Assembly: GCA_049999805.1 (NCBI GenBank)
Contig: JBNGIO010006348.1
Location: 522,452-586,451 of the forward strand
DNA length: 64,000 bases
DNA from: Folioceros fuciformis
Lineage: Eukaryota
Reading direction: 5' to 3'
Part shown: positions 34,108 to 47,015 of the stretch, piece by piece
How the letters are laid out: the number at the start of each line of letters is the position of its first letter
Position numbering within the stretch: position 1 is the stretch's first letter
The notes under the pieces: generated by a model
Database searches by the model: none
Seen by the model: only the letters and a program-made list of their open reading frames with translations
What the model was told of the DNA's origin: nothing
Translations under genes and position numbers: made by a program

Positions 34108-35718
34108 ATGGCTTGCGTGGGGTTTCTGCAGTGCACGCTCAAGGTGCTCAATTTCCTGCTCTCCGTGGTGGGCGCCGGGATCATCCTGTACTCGCTGTGG
34201 GCGCTGAATCAGTGGCACATCCACGTACCGCACCAGGGAGATGCGCCTCTGCCGACGTTCGGGCCTAGTGCGCTTGCAGTCCCGGGGTTCAGCTCGGAGA
34301 TGCCACTGGGCATGGAACTCCCGTTTGTGGAGGGTGTGGTAGAGCAGGCGCTGCCCGAGGAGGGCGTGGATGGCTTGCCACTCACGGACTCCAAGCAGGA
34401 GGATGTCTGGCTGTCCAAGAGGCCCCTCTTCGTCATGGCCTCCGGTAGCAAGCTCACATATTCCCTGTTCCCCAAGAATCTTCCGGCTCCTTGGTGAGTG
34501 GATTCGACGGTTTTGGCTCCCTTTTGTGTGCCGGTGATGGTGTTGCAGCCTCTCCGGGGCCCTTGATGCCTCGTGATGTATTGCTCGGGTGAGCTGGTTG
34601 TTGTGTGTGTAGGGCTCTTTGAAGTGAAGCCATCAGTCGTGTTATCTCATGCTTTGCGTGTACAGGTTCATCTACTTATTCCTGGGAGTGGGAACTCTGA
34701 CCTGTCTCATCACGATCACGGGACACATTGCCGCCGAAATCACCAGTGCTTGTTGCCTCTCTTGCGTATCCTTGCTCCACAAAATGGTTGATGCTGTTAT
34801 GCCGGAGCTGGAGTTTTTGCACAGGATGATTTGTTGTTGTGATACATGGTTGTTTCTTAATGCCTTTAGTACACTTTCTGCCTCGGGGTCATGCTCATCT
34901 TGCAAGCTGCAGCAGCGGCAGCAATCTTCTTCGACGAAAATTGGTACAAGGTATTTGATTGACTTCAGGTTTGGCGTTTCTTCTTTTTCTTGTCTCCTTT
35001 GTCGTGAGGCATTCTCCCTACGCCTTTTTTTCTCACATATTCTGCTTCTGATGTGGCACCTCCAGGATATCCCCGATGACCCCACCGGCGAGCTGGACAA
35101 GATCAGGAATTTTGTGGATGACAACTTTGACATGTGCAAGTGGACTGCCTTAGCAGTTGTGGTCATCGAGGTATCTGATTTTGCGCCTCCTGTTGTGGAG
35201 CTTCCTGACGATGAGTTGTCTGTGTGGCTGCCCATTTTTCATGTGAGGAATGAAGCTTATCTGGCTGACAAATCGAGCTGACTGCCGACTATGGTTTGTG
35301 AAACCAGGTGCTGGGGTTGTTGCTGGCTATGATACTCCGCTCAGTCTCAGGGGCAGCCAGGAGAACTTACGACAGTGATGACGATTTCCTGGCCCCCAGA
35401 TCAGGGGCTCGTCAGCCTCTTCTGGCCAGGCAGGCTACTCAGGCCAATGGTGCACCTGCTGCACCTGCAGACGGAAGGAGGACTGATGCCTGGAGCACCA
35501 GAATGCGAGAGAAGGTGAGACTCAAAAGGCAATGGTGTTTATTCTAGAGGACTTTTTTGATGATTGGCATCAGCGGTTGCTCACCTCCTTTGCTTTTCGT
35601 GCTGCAGTATGGTTTTGATACCACAGCGTTCACCTACAACCCATCAGAATCCAGGAGGGTTCCCCAGCAGGCTGCACCAGCTACGGAGGAGAAAAAGGGA
35701 TGGTGCACAATCCTGTAG
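34108..35718 (+). CDS. TOM2A: TOM2A / tetraspanin-18/19/20-like four-TM protein with C-terminal CaaX
   Basis: MAC.GFLQCTLKVLNFLL, LPAPWFIYLFLGVG, DIPDDPTGE, YDSDDD, DAWSTRMREKYG, ending GWCTIL*. Six exons. Confidence 0.92.
34766..34869 (+). other. Putative U12-type (minor spliceosome) GT-AG intron
   Basis: 5' splice site GTATCCTT, branch-like TTCTTAAT a few nt before the AG, and splicing preserves the frame (CLSC|YTFC). Confidence 0.8.
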
Positions 35719-36305
35719 ATGGTCAGTTTGCTCTACCGTGGTGGCTCAGTGGGAAATGCAAGGCAGAAACAGAAGCTCGTTGTTCTCTGCTGGTGGTTCT
35801 CGTTGTCGACTGTTTCTGAATTGGCAGGATTCAGCAGGTGGAGATGTAGTGAGTGGCACCCGAAATCTTGCCTGGTTTTGTGGTTCTACGTGGTGTCTGC
35901 ACAAGTTATTCGCTGATCATCAGTTGTAACAGCTGTCTGGAGCACCAGTTCCCGTGACACCTCCTCCTTTGTTCAGCTGTGATTAGGAACAATGGTGCAG
36001 ATGCCTATATCTCTATAGCTGCGCAGAGATCTGTACAGCCTGTAAAAGTTTGTGCTTCACAAAGCGATGCTTCCACCCGCAACCACTGTTCCTCACCAGG
36101 TAGAACGGGATGCGTAGCTGGACGAGTACATTGCAGCTTTGATGTTGCATAGCTTTAGTGTGTAGTGCTTGCATAGTGATGAATAAACTACAAGGATTTT
36201 GCGTTGCTTGTTGTCCGTCAAGCCTTGACATATTGTGAGTCAAGGACAGTTTCAAACAAACTGTGACACTAACAGCAGAAAGAAAACATTTTCCTCTTTC
36301 ATGTC

Positions 36306-38112
36306 CTAAACTGGATACTCATTTTCCTGGCTTACATCTTCGTCTGTGAGTTCACCAGCCTCCTCTATGCCAGTCTGTTGAATCGCATTTTGCCCTGGCC
36401 GCGGGTACTGATCCTCATCACCTGCACCAACAAAGAGGTCTGTCCAAGATATTCCACTCAAGCTGCTCTCCTCATCATGGTCTTGCCAGAGATTTTTTGA
36501 GGTGGAGGGATAGGTGACAGCCTTCCCCTTGGACATACTCTCTCTCTCAATGGCCATCGGTCCTATGCCTACCAGAGGAAGGTCTGATATCTGAGGGAAC
36601 AATGTACGTACATGTGGAATAACACAGGATGCTGACGTGTAGTTTGTACGAGCATGAAACGTGACCATCTGCATTTGAAACAACGAACCGTGGGAATTTA
36701 CCAATGTGTGTTTGGAGTCGAGAGTCTAAACGTCGGATTGTCCTTTCATCATCCTGTGACCTACTCCCTTCGTATCGATTTCGTGGCTTCAGCATCATGG
36801 GACCCCAAGCTTGATTTAGTGCACCGGACTGCATCACCTATACCCAGTACGGATGACGAAGGCGGCAGGTTGTGCAAGGGGTCACGAACTGGAGGCTGCA
36901 TACATACCTTCGAGTTATTTGGAATGTGCTGCACTTTGCTCCAAGGCAGCTTTGGACAAGCTTGCGGATGTTCCACAGGATCATGGAGGAATGACTCCTG
37001 TAGAGCAGCTATCCGCACTGCTGATTCACTGTCTGTACTATCATGCATCTCTGATTCCGCAGAGTCATCTCCGTCAACGAGCAGTCGCAGAGCTATGAAG
37101 ATACACTGACCCTGCTCATAGTAAACGGCGGCGGCTGGTTGGAATGCTGGAGGAACCATCGGCTCCATAGATGGAATTTACCAGCTAATGTTTGACTTGT
37201 CCAGCAAACTTACTTCCAAAGCTATGAAACTCCAAGCTATGGTCTTGCAAAGCTGAAGGTGATCAGTCACAAAGGCTGCAAGTGCATCTACTTCACCTGT
37301 GGGATCGCACGGTAGAGCCTGAAGGCCAAATAAGAGAGGAGCATATCAACGGATTACATGGAAGTGCCAAGTTCCTAAATTTTCCCCAAAGGGAGAGGCG
37401 ATCATCTGATGTAACGCACTCACGTCATGCCAATTTACGTCAAAGAATAGGAAGCTTCCCAGGACAGTCTCCGACGTAAGGAGCGCTCCAAGCAACACAC
37501 TATACTGTGGCTTGATCAAGGCCAAGCCCACCTTAATTTTTACTACTACCTGGTCACAGAAAGAAGCCTCAGAAAGAAAATGACCTGTGTGCAAATCTCA
37601 ACCCAAATGTTATAGAGGTCATGGATACGCAAACAAGGAGCTTGTTATTAGACGTTTCCACCGCAACGTGGCCTGCAGAGGAAGTCAGGCAAGTCACGAT
37701 TCCAACAATCAGGACAGCCAAAATGAACCTGCACCATGCATACAAACATGCGCCTCAGCTCCAAGCCCATGCATGTCCTTGTCTAGGGTTTTCCAACCCT
37801 CGTGGATCAGTTTTCACAGGGTTGACACAGCAGCAGCTGCGGGTTGTGCATCGCACAGCAACTTACTCACCAGGTCTGTGGTCTCTTGGCAGCTATTTGA
37901 ACGACGTCAGACCCGCTGAAGTTATTGTGAGCAACTGGCCACCTTGGAAATCTGTCTGTGCCACGGAACATAGGATTCCAACCATAGTGCAAAGGTCGTG
38001 GTGCTTTCTCCGGATGCCACAGTTTGAACATGCCCCAAGCATAACATATCATCGTCGCTCCTGCCAAGGTGATGACAAAGTTCAGCAGCTTCAGCGTCTT
38101 GTGCATCACCAT
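36306..38112 (-). CDS. Divergent TOM2A/tetraspanin-like paralog with a novel C-terminus
   Basis: LKLLNFVITLAG..ICYAW, W|FILAVLIVGIVTCLTSSAGHVAVE, YSVLLG..FFDVNW, LPCDPTGEVD..FVTDHLQLCK. Intron positions match the neighbouring TOM2A gene. The 3' exon structure is uncertain. Confidence 0.8.
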
Positions 38113-39328
38113 CTTGTCGGATCACTGCCACAACAGGCTAGTCATGCATCATGTCAGATCCAAACATTCCATCTGGGAAGCTGTAACAACAGAAGAGACT
38201 CCCGGAAAGTGTACGTGCTCCTGGATCATGTTCTTGGCACTTCCTGTGTCATCGTCCCCTGGCAAGAACAGCCAAAACCCAGTTTATCCGAGTGGTTGTC
38301 GACTGGGCAGTTTAGGTTAACATTAAAGGGTAGAAGGTGGCTAGATTGCATCCCGGGTGGCATAGGCAGATACATTTCCTTGTGATTCACGCCCTTATCG
38401 AATGGAGAAACCAGGCCAGACCAGCCGACCGAAACCCTTGACTATATTAGGCGAGCCAGTAAGCTAGCGGGTTCATTGCTTCAACCTGCAGCCCTGGGCA
38501 CGATTCCAACAGCGGAATTCGACTTGGAAGCAAGACCTTTGTGGGTGTGTCGAGAATGGCTAGATCATCAGTTACAAACTTCGCAATGGTGTGAAGTCAG
38601 TTGGCCATGGTCACCATCTTGCTTAGCCTTGCAGCAATAAGCACACCGGCCAATTCTGCCTGCCTGCCTGTCTCATTTTCTGCTTGTCAGCTATTGCTTC
38701 TATGAACCGAGGTCGAACATCAGGGCGAATCAAATGGCTTGCAATATGAAGTCTGCGAATTGTTGGTATCTGTCGAAACTTTGAGAGGAAAATGAGACCG
38801 TACCGGGTAGGCTGAGTGTACAGCAGTTCAATGTTGTCCTCGCCTAAGAGACGATGCGGAGTGGCATAATGGAGGATCATAAGAACATGTATGCGTGCCA
38901 CGTGTAAGCTGTCCTCGTCATTAGTAGCGTGTTGGGAATGCCAGATTGGACATCTTCAGTCTGGAGATCTGCACGCCACAGAGCCAGTGATTCTTGGAAA
39001 ATGCAGCAATTCAAACCAGCTGGGCTCTACCTTTTGTCACTGGCTTGACAGATACTTGCTACAGCAGTGTAAAGTCTGAGAAGTGGACACCTGTGTGACA
39101 TCAGCCTGCTATACTGCGTGCCACGTTGCTTCAAGAACGTGGCGTCCATGCAGGAAACTAGTGCACCTGAACTTCCAGGCTCGTTGGATTATCCAGCAGC
39201 TCAGGTCCGTTGCAGCGTGGATTTCCAGACTGGTTCCTCAAGGCGTCCTGCGCAATTTGAATAGCTCTGCCCGAGGCTGGATTTCCAATTGGATTGGAGT
39301 AGAGTTCGTCGAGAGTATTCCTGGTTTT

Positions 39329-40229
39329 ATGAATCCTCCAGACCTCTGTCCCGTCCGCAGAGCTGAGATCCGATTGCAGCGCTTGGCAGCCACTGTCACT
39401 GTGGACTCACTCCACGTCCGACGTTATCGGCAGGTGAGGTCCGAGCTTAGCTGTGAGCATCACGTCATCCTTCCCAGCTGCAGGCCAGTGTTTCTCAAGT
39501 CCCAATGATGTCCAGGCAGCAGTAAGAAATCAAGCAGAGGAAGCAGCGAAGAAGATGTCGGGGGCGGGAGCTTTGGAAGTTGGTGTTCCCAGATTTGCTT
39601 ACACTATTGTGTATGTAAAGGACGTTGGTTCGGCGATAGATTTCTACAAGAAGGCGTTTGGTGTCGGCATTCGTCGCGTGGATGACAGTCGAAGGTAATC
39701 CAAGTTTGCGTAGCAGCTGTACACTTCAAGATAGATGCATACCACATTTATCATGTCTTTCAAAATGCCACAGAGATACGTGGGTCTTTCTGAACAGCAT
39801 GCACACGCTGCAGGTGGGCTGAACTGGAGACAGGGGCAACAACCCTGGCATTCACGCCCTTAGATCAAAGAGAAGCAGGTATCACGGGTGGAATCCACGC
39901 TCAGACTAAAGAAGAGAAGCGTGGTAATGTGGAAATCCACTTCACCTACAAGGATGTGGATGCGGCTTTTAAGGTTGAAACGCCCAGCTCTACAACTCTT
40001 GTGGGTCTTGCTGCAAACTTACTACATGTCATTGCTTGTAAATGGCGTGCATGCTTCCAGGGATCGGAACGTCTGACCCCAATTTTGAATTGTGGGCTTG
40101 CAGCATGCTGTGGAAGCCGGAGCTACTCCCGTAGCTCAACCAGAGCCGAAGGAATGGGGCCAGAAAGTAGGTTATGTGCGTGATCCAGATGGTGTTACCA
40201 TCCGGTTAGGTAGTGACTTCCAGACTTGA
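39329..40229 (+). CDS. Glyoxalase/VOC-family protein (lactoylglutathione lyase-like)
   Basis: FAYTIVYVKDV..IDFYKKAFG, RWAELETGATTLAF, YKDVDAAFKHAVEAGA..PEPKEWGQKVGYVRDPDG. Start is either 39329 (extra exon, possible targeting peptide) or 39555. Confidence 0.9.
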
Positions 40230-40620
40230 ACACATGTAGATATGATCCAATCAATGGAGCAAACCATTTACAGTGTGATGTCGGATAAAAATTCAACGAT
40301 ACTCTTTTCTTTCAGAAGTTGCGAGAGCTTCACTTCCTGCTCTCCAGGGTGACACTTTCGAATTCTGTCCATTCTTTGAATACCAGAAGAGGAACAAGAA
40401 AGGCCATCTCGCCCACATTCCTCGTAGAAAATCTCATCCTTAAGATTTCACTGCAGTAACTATGACTACCCTTCGAATTTGGTTATCTGAATTAGTGCGT
40501 CAATCCGATCAAATTAATCAGACTAAACGAATTGCAAATTTCTCCCTTTCAGCTCACGCTCGCTAAACAACCAGCTTCAAAAAACTTTACTTGTTGATTC
40601 TTATTAAAAAGAAAATACAC

Positions 40621-41376
40621 CTAGATCTTCATCCAACCATGATCGAGGATTTGTTCCGATGTTGGACGAAGCCATGAATGGCGATTCAACATAAGGTATA
40701 CTAAAGCTTTCCCATCCAATGAAATCTTGTTCCAAGGGTTGCGTGTTAAGTCTAACTTTGGATACGGGTCATTTTCACGAAAAAAAGGAGTGTATCCACT
40801 CAATAAAGCATGTAACACTATGCCTGCACTCCATATGTCGGCCTCCAATCCATAGTTCGGATAAGATACCTCTGGAGCCATGTAAGTGTTACTACCCAGA
40901 ATTTCAGTATGTTTATCACCTTTGTTATGGAAAGCAGCCAATCCAAAATCAAGTAGTTTTAAACATTGCTTGTCTTCATCAACAAACATAAAGTTTTCCG
41001 GTTTCAAATCTCTGTGTATGATTCCATGCTCGTGACAAACTTGGACAGCTTGCATAACTTGGCGAAATAATTTGACAACATCTTCCTCTTTATATCCTTT
41101 TCTACTAAGAATGTAGTCGAACATGTCCCCTCCTTTGCATAATTCCATAACGATCCGCACTTCATCCTCGTTCTCAAAAAAGTCCTTGAATTCAATGACA
41201 CAAGGATGTTTGGGAAGATGTTTCATTACACGCCCTTCGAGCCTCATGTGTGCTATTGTGACGTTATCATGCCCTTTCTTGGAGATGCATTTACATGCCC
41301 ATACCTGTTTCGTACTCAAATCCGTACATTCATAAACAATGCCAAAACTTCCTTCTCCAATCTGTGTTCCTAACAT
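40621..41376 (-). CDS. Intronless CDPK/PPCK-like Ser/Thr kinase, catalytic domain only
   Basis: GEGSFG, WACK, VMELCKGG, HRDLKPENF, DFG, APE and DIWSAG motifs all present. The stop follows the kinase domain directly. AT-rich relative to neighbouring genes. Confidence 0.75.
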   Translation of the reverse strand: MLGTQIGEGSFGIVYECTDLSTKQVWACKCISKKGHDNVTIAHMRLEGRVMKHLPKHPCVIEFKDFFENEDEVRIVMELCKGGDMFDYILSRKGYKEEDVVKLFRQVMQAVQVCHEHGIIHRDLKPENFMFVDEDKQCLKLLDFGLAAFHNKGDKHTEILGSNTYMAPEVSYPNYGLEADIWSAGIVLHALLSGYTPFFRENDPYPKLDLTRNPWNKISLDGKALVYLMLNRHSWLRPTSEQILDHGWMKI

Positions 41377-41683
41377 GTAAATATCTTCAAATTTTTCTCC
41401 ATGTTCGTTGTAAATCTGATTCTATTCCAAGAAAGGTGAAAAGTCATTTGATGTACAACCATATCATTCAGCATGGAAACTTTGATGGACAAACATAAAA
41501 AATCATTCTAGGTCTAGAAAGTTATTCACAATCATAGTATCCCAACAAGTATGTGAGACCTCATGTTCCAACATAGCTTTTCAAGCTTTGCCCTAACTTA
41601 CCAAGTCCATAGTTGATGTCATCTTCACGAAAAAAAATAGTTGATGTCGCTAATGAAGACAATGCTTTGATTGTGAGAGACCA

Positions 41684-41900
41684 CAAGGTTGCAATCATTT
41701 ATATACCCAAATTGTCCTTGACTCTTGAATGTCTTTCCTCAAGGTTGTGATCATCTATATACCCAAATTGTCCTTGGCTCTTGAAAGTCTTTCATCAAGG
41801 TTGTGATCATATATATGCCCAAATTGTCCTTGGCTCTTGAAAGTCTTTCATCAAGGTTGTGATCATATATATGCCCAAATTGTCCTTGGCTCTTGGAAGT
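41684..41900. repeat. 56-bp tandem repeat, ~4 copies
   Basis: caaggttg starts at 41684, 41740, 41796 and 41852. Confidence 0.95.
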
Positions 41901-42130
41901 TTAGCATAGAGGCCTTTTAAAGTATCACGAGAAACCAAGTTAGCATACTACCCTCCTAAACTATCACAAGATACTAAGTTAGTATATTGTCCTCTTAAAC
42001 TATCACAAGATACTAAGTTAGTATGTTGTCCTTTTAAACCATCTCAAGATACTAAGTTAGCACACTACCATCTTAAACTAGCAAAAGATACTAAGTTAAC
42101 ATATTGTCCTCTTAAACTATCACAAGTTAC
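41897..42130. repeat. 39-bp tandem repeat, ~6 copies
   Basis: Unit approximately cacaagatactaagttagtatattgtcctcttaaactat. Confidence 0.9.
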
Positions 42131-43626
42131 TGCAGTTAATAATTTAAGTCAACTCACTTCTTCGCAACTAAACTTTCACAAGGTACTGCTACCGAGAGTC
42201 TAAGCCAGCTTACTTCTCTGGGAAAGTATCACAAAACCATTGGAAGGGTACAAGAGTCTAAGTGGACGCACTACGCACTTCTAAACTAAGCTAGCTAATT
42301 ATGCTATAGTTTAGTTGAAAACATACTCGAGGAACCTTATCTTATGCATCTCAATGCTAACATCTCTTATTAGTTTATTGAAGTATGTTTGCAATCAATA
42401 ATGTGGAATCAATCAATCATATTGTCGTACATATGGTCAAATTGTGTAAGATCTCAAATATTGTTTGGATAAAAGTTAGAGAACATTTAGAAAGGAATAT
42501 GGATGGTTGTTTGATATACCTCCTATTGTATAGGGAAATGATTTTCTTTCCTGGTAATGAGGATCTTGATTGCCCTAGATATAGTATAGCACAAAGTATG
42601 TTCCATCATAATGAGACTAAGTTTAGGTTTCAAGAAACATACTTAGTTTAGATAATTACTAATTAAGGATGAAGTAAACATCATTTACTTTAGTAATGAT
42701 CACTTAGCTTCATTACCATCAAATATGTTTGATGACTTATGATGGTAATGAATCTAAGGTTATGCATTAAGAAAGTAGTTGATTTAAACAAATACTGATA
42801 AGAGGTGAAGAAAGCCTTCTAGTGTAAAGGTAATGGAATCTAAGACTCTTAACACTTGTACCGTAGACAAACTAACGGATATCCCAACATTCCCCATACC
42901 CTAAAAGTTTGGGGGCATCTTATTGAACCTAATGAGGTGTATGAGAGGTTTTGAGTTCTGTGCACTTCTCTCTCCTTTCTCTTTCATTTTGGAAATGCAT
43001 ATAGCTCCTTCTCCAATCCCAATTCCATAAAGACAGACATGGCTGGTTGCGTGAGTGCATCTTAGCATGGGGGTTGACCCTGCTTCCATGTTGCTGGCAG
43101 TCTTCCCCATTTTTTGGTTTTTTGATGATTTGATTAGATCAAAATAAGTTGAGTTTCGTGAGGTACATCTAGATGTGTCTATGGAATTGGGGGAGGTAGA
43201 ATGATTCTTGGAAAGAAAACACGAAGAGAGAAGAGAATGTGGAAGGTTTGGTGCACAAAGCTGAAAAACTTTTATATGGCTCTGTACTTGTTGCAAATTT
43301 ATGTTCCCACATTGTCGAACTGATTAAGTTATGGCAAGTAGCGTGGTGGGGGGTCTCGATTGAAGGTCGTGGCAGTGACTTGACGTGAATACGATGCACG
43401 CCACGAAACGCGGCAGCTGCTGCTGTTTCCTTTCAGAACATATTCGTTACGTAAACGCGTTGCGCGTGTGCAATTCAGTGGTGGGTCTACAATCCATTGG
43501 CATAATATGGACCCGCTTTGACTTATCTACATGAAGTAACACGAGGAACTAATGACGAGGGTGACGCTGTTAGAATAATCCCCCCCTAGCCCACCCACAC
43601 AATCCAGGTTAAATCGCGTTCAGGAT

Positions 43627-45320
43627 TTAGAGGCCATGGCCGCCATGCCGAATGGCATAGGAGCTCGAAGGTGACACAAACTCTAGCAAAGAATCACTGG
43701 CATTGTAAGAAGTCCCTGTCCCCGAGCTCCTCTGAGCAATGCTACCATCCCTAACTAGTTCAGTGAGCTCTGTGCTACCCCCAAAAGTCACCTTCTCGCC
43801 GAGGTGCTCTCCACACCCAGTCTTGCAGAAGAAGAGGAGGACTGTGTTCACCACAAGAGTGAACAGAGTGACGGCAGTGGCCACCGTGTTGTTGAAGAGG
43901 ATATCATAGTCAACAACCATCCACGGTATCTTAACCACACCCTCAGAACGGGCGAATTCTTCCAACGACTTGTGGCCCAGCAGTAGCCTGGCGCTGAAGT
44001 CCATGAACCCATAGATGAGTGCGTTCACTCCCAGCCCTAAAAGTAGGTATTGCACAACCAGGATGATGACTTTGAGCAAAAAGGCAGTTGAAAACTTCCT
44101 GGAATTTCTAATGAGGTATGCACTTCTTGCGAGAGCTGTCCATCCATACTTGCCCTCCAGAACAGAGACAGCGGGGGCTAGGGTGGTGACAATAAGCACA
44201 TGAATGGCAACCACGCCAAAGAACAGGAAGGTCATCGACAGAAAGATGATGGTGAGGGCAGGCACGTTCAGAAGAAGCATCAAGACAGCGTACTCAACGA
44301 TTAGAGCAGTGAATAGCAGCACATCAATAATTGTGAATAGACTCCCTAGAGCAAGGACGGTGACGAAGACTCGGCCAGAGGCGTGCCACAGTGACCTGGT
44401 CAATGAAAGAGAGGCAGAAAAGTTGATTAAGAGATCGACACTGAGGGGGAGTCCCCTACAACGTCGTACAAACAAGCACACTAGCAGCAGCCATACCTGA
44501 AATAATCACGGGTGAAGAAAACCTTCTTGGGCTGTCCAGGCAGCCCTGCCAGGGTTCCCAAGTAACTACCTGCAACACTGGTGGCCACAGCTGCTTCTGA
44601 AACACACTTCAGAAGAACCCAAGCTCCCAAATCGCACACGATCAAGAGCAGCATCCAGACAAGCTGGGAAGCCTTCTCCGAGGTGAAGCTTGCCAGCATG
44701 TCGTTTTCATGCTCAACGGAGTCTTTGTTCTCACCATTTACATCCTCACCCAAGTCCTTGATCTCACCATTTGCGGTGGAGTCCCCACCTATCTTCTGGC
44801 TGCTCAGAGAAATGATACCCTGAGATTCTGGTATGCTGGTGGATGCCTCAGTCGAGGCATTCAAGGCGAAATCATCAGGAAGAGTGAGGTTTTTGCTGTT
44901 TGCGCCAGACCCAAAGAAGCCTCTGAAGAAGTCCAAAACCCCCGATTTCCGTGCGTGGCCATCCTTGACCATAATCCCAAGCAATGAGCCCTCCTCACCT
45001 GTAAACTGAAGCAGATGCCTGCTGTGCGAGGTGAGATGTGTCGGGAAGTCCAGAAAGGAGTGTTGCAGATCAGCGGGGTTTTTTATCACTGACAGGGCCG
45101 AATTAGCGGGAACGAGGGTGAAAATGAGCCCCGGGGTGTCCTCGACAATCGTGTTGAAGGTAGGAGTATGTACCAGGGAAGAGATTAGGGTGAGAGGAAA
45201 GATGAGCACGGCTGCAACAAGGAAGAAATGCTGAGCGTGACCTCGCAACAACCTGAACGACTTCTGCAGCACCGCTCCTACTCCGGGCTTGGAAAGCTTC
45301 GGTACAGGCTGCCTTGTCAT
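43627..45320 (-). CDS. Uncharacterised plant multi-pass membrane protein, 2 exons
   Basis: ORFs 44481-45332 and 43627-44481 are joined in frame by a GT-AG intron at 44496-44396. About 6 TM helices, and the motif LAPAVSVLEGKYGWTALARSAYLI resembles conserved plant transmembrane proteins. Confidence 0.8.
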
Positions 45321-45562
45321 TTTCAGGTCCAACTATTTCCGGATCCAGTCCGGAGACTCTCCGATATCTACTGTCTCACATCATCCACCAGCACCCCCGT
45401 CCACTCCACCAGATCTGAACCACAGCATTGTCAACGTCAAACCTCACCTCAGCACTGCATTGCCTCAACACTTACTTACAACACCCTAGCCTCCCCCCAA
45501 CCCAACCCAAATTCCCAAGCTTGAAGCTCACGCACGGAGCACGCTGCCCGACGCAGACCACG

Positions 45563-45662
45563 NNNNNNNNNNNNNNNNNNNNNNNNNNNNNNNNNNNNNN
45601 NNNNNNNNNNNNNNNNNNNNNNNNNNNNNNNNNNNNNNNNNNNNNNNNNNNNNNNNNNNNNN
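45563..45662. other. Assembly gap (100 N)
   Basis: Run of N. Confidence 1.
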
Positions 45663-46283
45663 CCAGATGTGGCTGCCGTCACGGGTGGCCCACCTGTCCG
45701 ACTTTCTTCGATTAAACTGCACCGCGTCGGACACAGCTCATGGAATCCTCGTGTGGCAAAGCAAGGCCCTACGCACACGCAACACCTCCCTCGACCCACT
45801 CCAGCCGTTTCCAGCCCTTTCACACCAAACCTCGCAGCTCCGCGCACCACAATTTACACACTCCAGCTGCTGCCTGCTCCGATAAGTTCGTCGCAATTTC
45901 ACTTCCTCCAGATCCAGCTTCTGCACAACCGGCGGGACGAATCAGCAGGGGAGTTTTTTCTCGACATCGATTTCCGTTCGAATTGCGTGTACAAGGACTT
46001 GGCCTTGCTTATCACAGAGGCCCGGAATGCGGATTCAGACGACAGCAGCGCCCTGTGACATTTTGCTTGCAGGAGTGGGAGGTTCCAGAAACCTTTGATT
46101 TTCGATTCCTGTGGAAAGCCTTCGTTTCGTTTCACATATTTGCTTATTACTCTTACAACTCACAGCCTCAGCGTAGCGTACCGTAGCTACAAGCTGTGCC
46201 ATGGCCTCACTTTGCATACTCCCTAGTTTACAACACAAGAACAGCAAACGGGAAATTTTACCAATTTATATAGAAATGTGCGC

Positions 46284-47015
46284 TTAGGATTGCTTTTTTG
46301 CCTCCGCCTTCGTCTTCATCTCATCTTGGAGAAGTGAGAGAAAGTTATCTCTTAATTCTCTCATGACCTTTGTTTCCACTTCCATTTTCATACCATATCG
46401 AACTTCTTCAAAAGTGAATTCGCTAGCTGCATAAACAGCTCCACCCACAATGTCACGTATACAATACTTTCTTGGATTACTTATTATGAAAAATCTCTTA
46501 AAATATTTTTGCACGGCAACTTGCTGGCGAGAACTCAATTCCAATCTCAAAGCAGCTACTTCAATATGTGGTTTAGCATTGCCTATGATGTTGGTTTCCA
46601 CTTTGTTTGCCATTTCTTGAATGACCTCATTTCTTATGTGCATAGTATTCAAACAATTTTTAATTTCGCCGATGGTACGACGAGTCATATTCCATTTGCT
46701 TGCTATGTAAAGAGCTGCAACGACACACTCTTTGGAATCGCCCTCATGCAAATCCTTTAATAGACCAAAAAGGTATCCTGTTGAACGATGGACTTTGGCT
46801 GACAACCGCAATGTATTAGTAACGTTTCCGATTGCCTGACACGCCGCGACTAGCTCCTGATCAATTCGTGCAAGCATTAGGGCTGCTTGATTTGTAATTG
46901 CACGTTGGGTTTGATATAGGTTGGCATCCAAGGTTTGCACTTCGTTCAAATTGGTCTCCCTTGTTGCTACACGTATCACCTCTCGATGCTGCCTAATCAA
47001 GTCGCTACGCTCCAT
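46284..47015 (-). CDS. Intronless TFIIB-core-like protein, copy 2
   Basis: 243-aa ORF colinear with 20455-21237 (shared YLFGLLKDLHEG, VAALYIASKWNMT, MHIRNEVIQ, PRKYCI, EEVRY, EAKKQS*). About 700 bp of upstream sequence is also homologous (47696 corresponds to 19662). Confidence 0.6.
   Translation of the reverse strand: MERSDLIRQHREVIRVATRETNLNEVQTLDANLYQTQRAITNQAALMLARIDQELVAACQAIGNVTNTLRLSAKVHRSTGYLFGLLKDLHEGDSKECVVAALYIASKWNMTRRTIGEIKNCLNTMHIRNEVIQEMANKVETNIIGNAKPHIEVAALRLELSSRQQVAVQKYFKRFFIISNPRKYCIRDIVGGAVYAASEFTFEEVRYGMKMEVETKVMRELRDNFLSLLQDEMKTKAEAKKQS

Noticed and set aside
41684-42130. CRISPR-like appearance of regularly spaced repeats (also at 54327-54512)
   Set aside because: The units are contiguous tandem repeats without unique spacers, there are no cas genes, and the context is eukaryotic.
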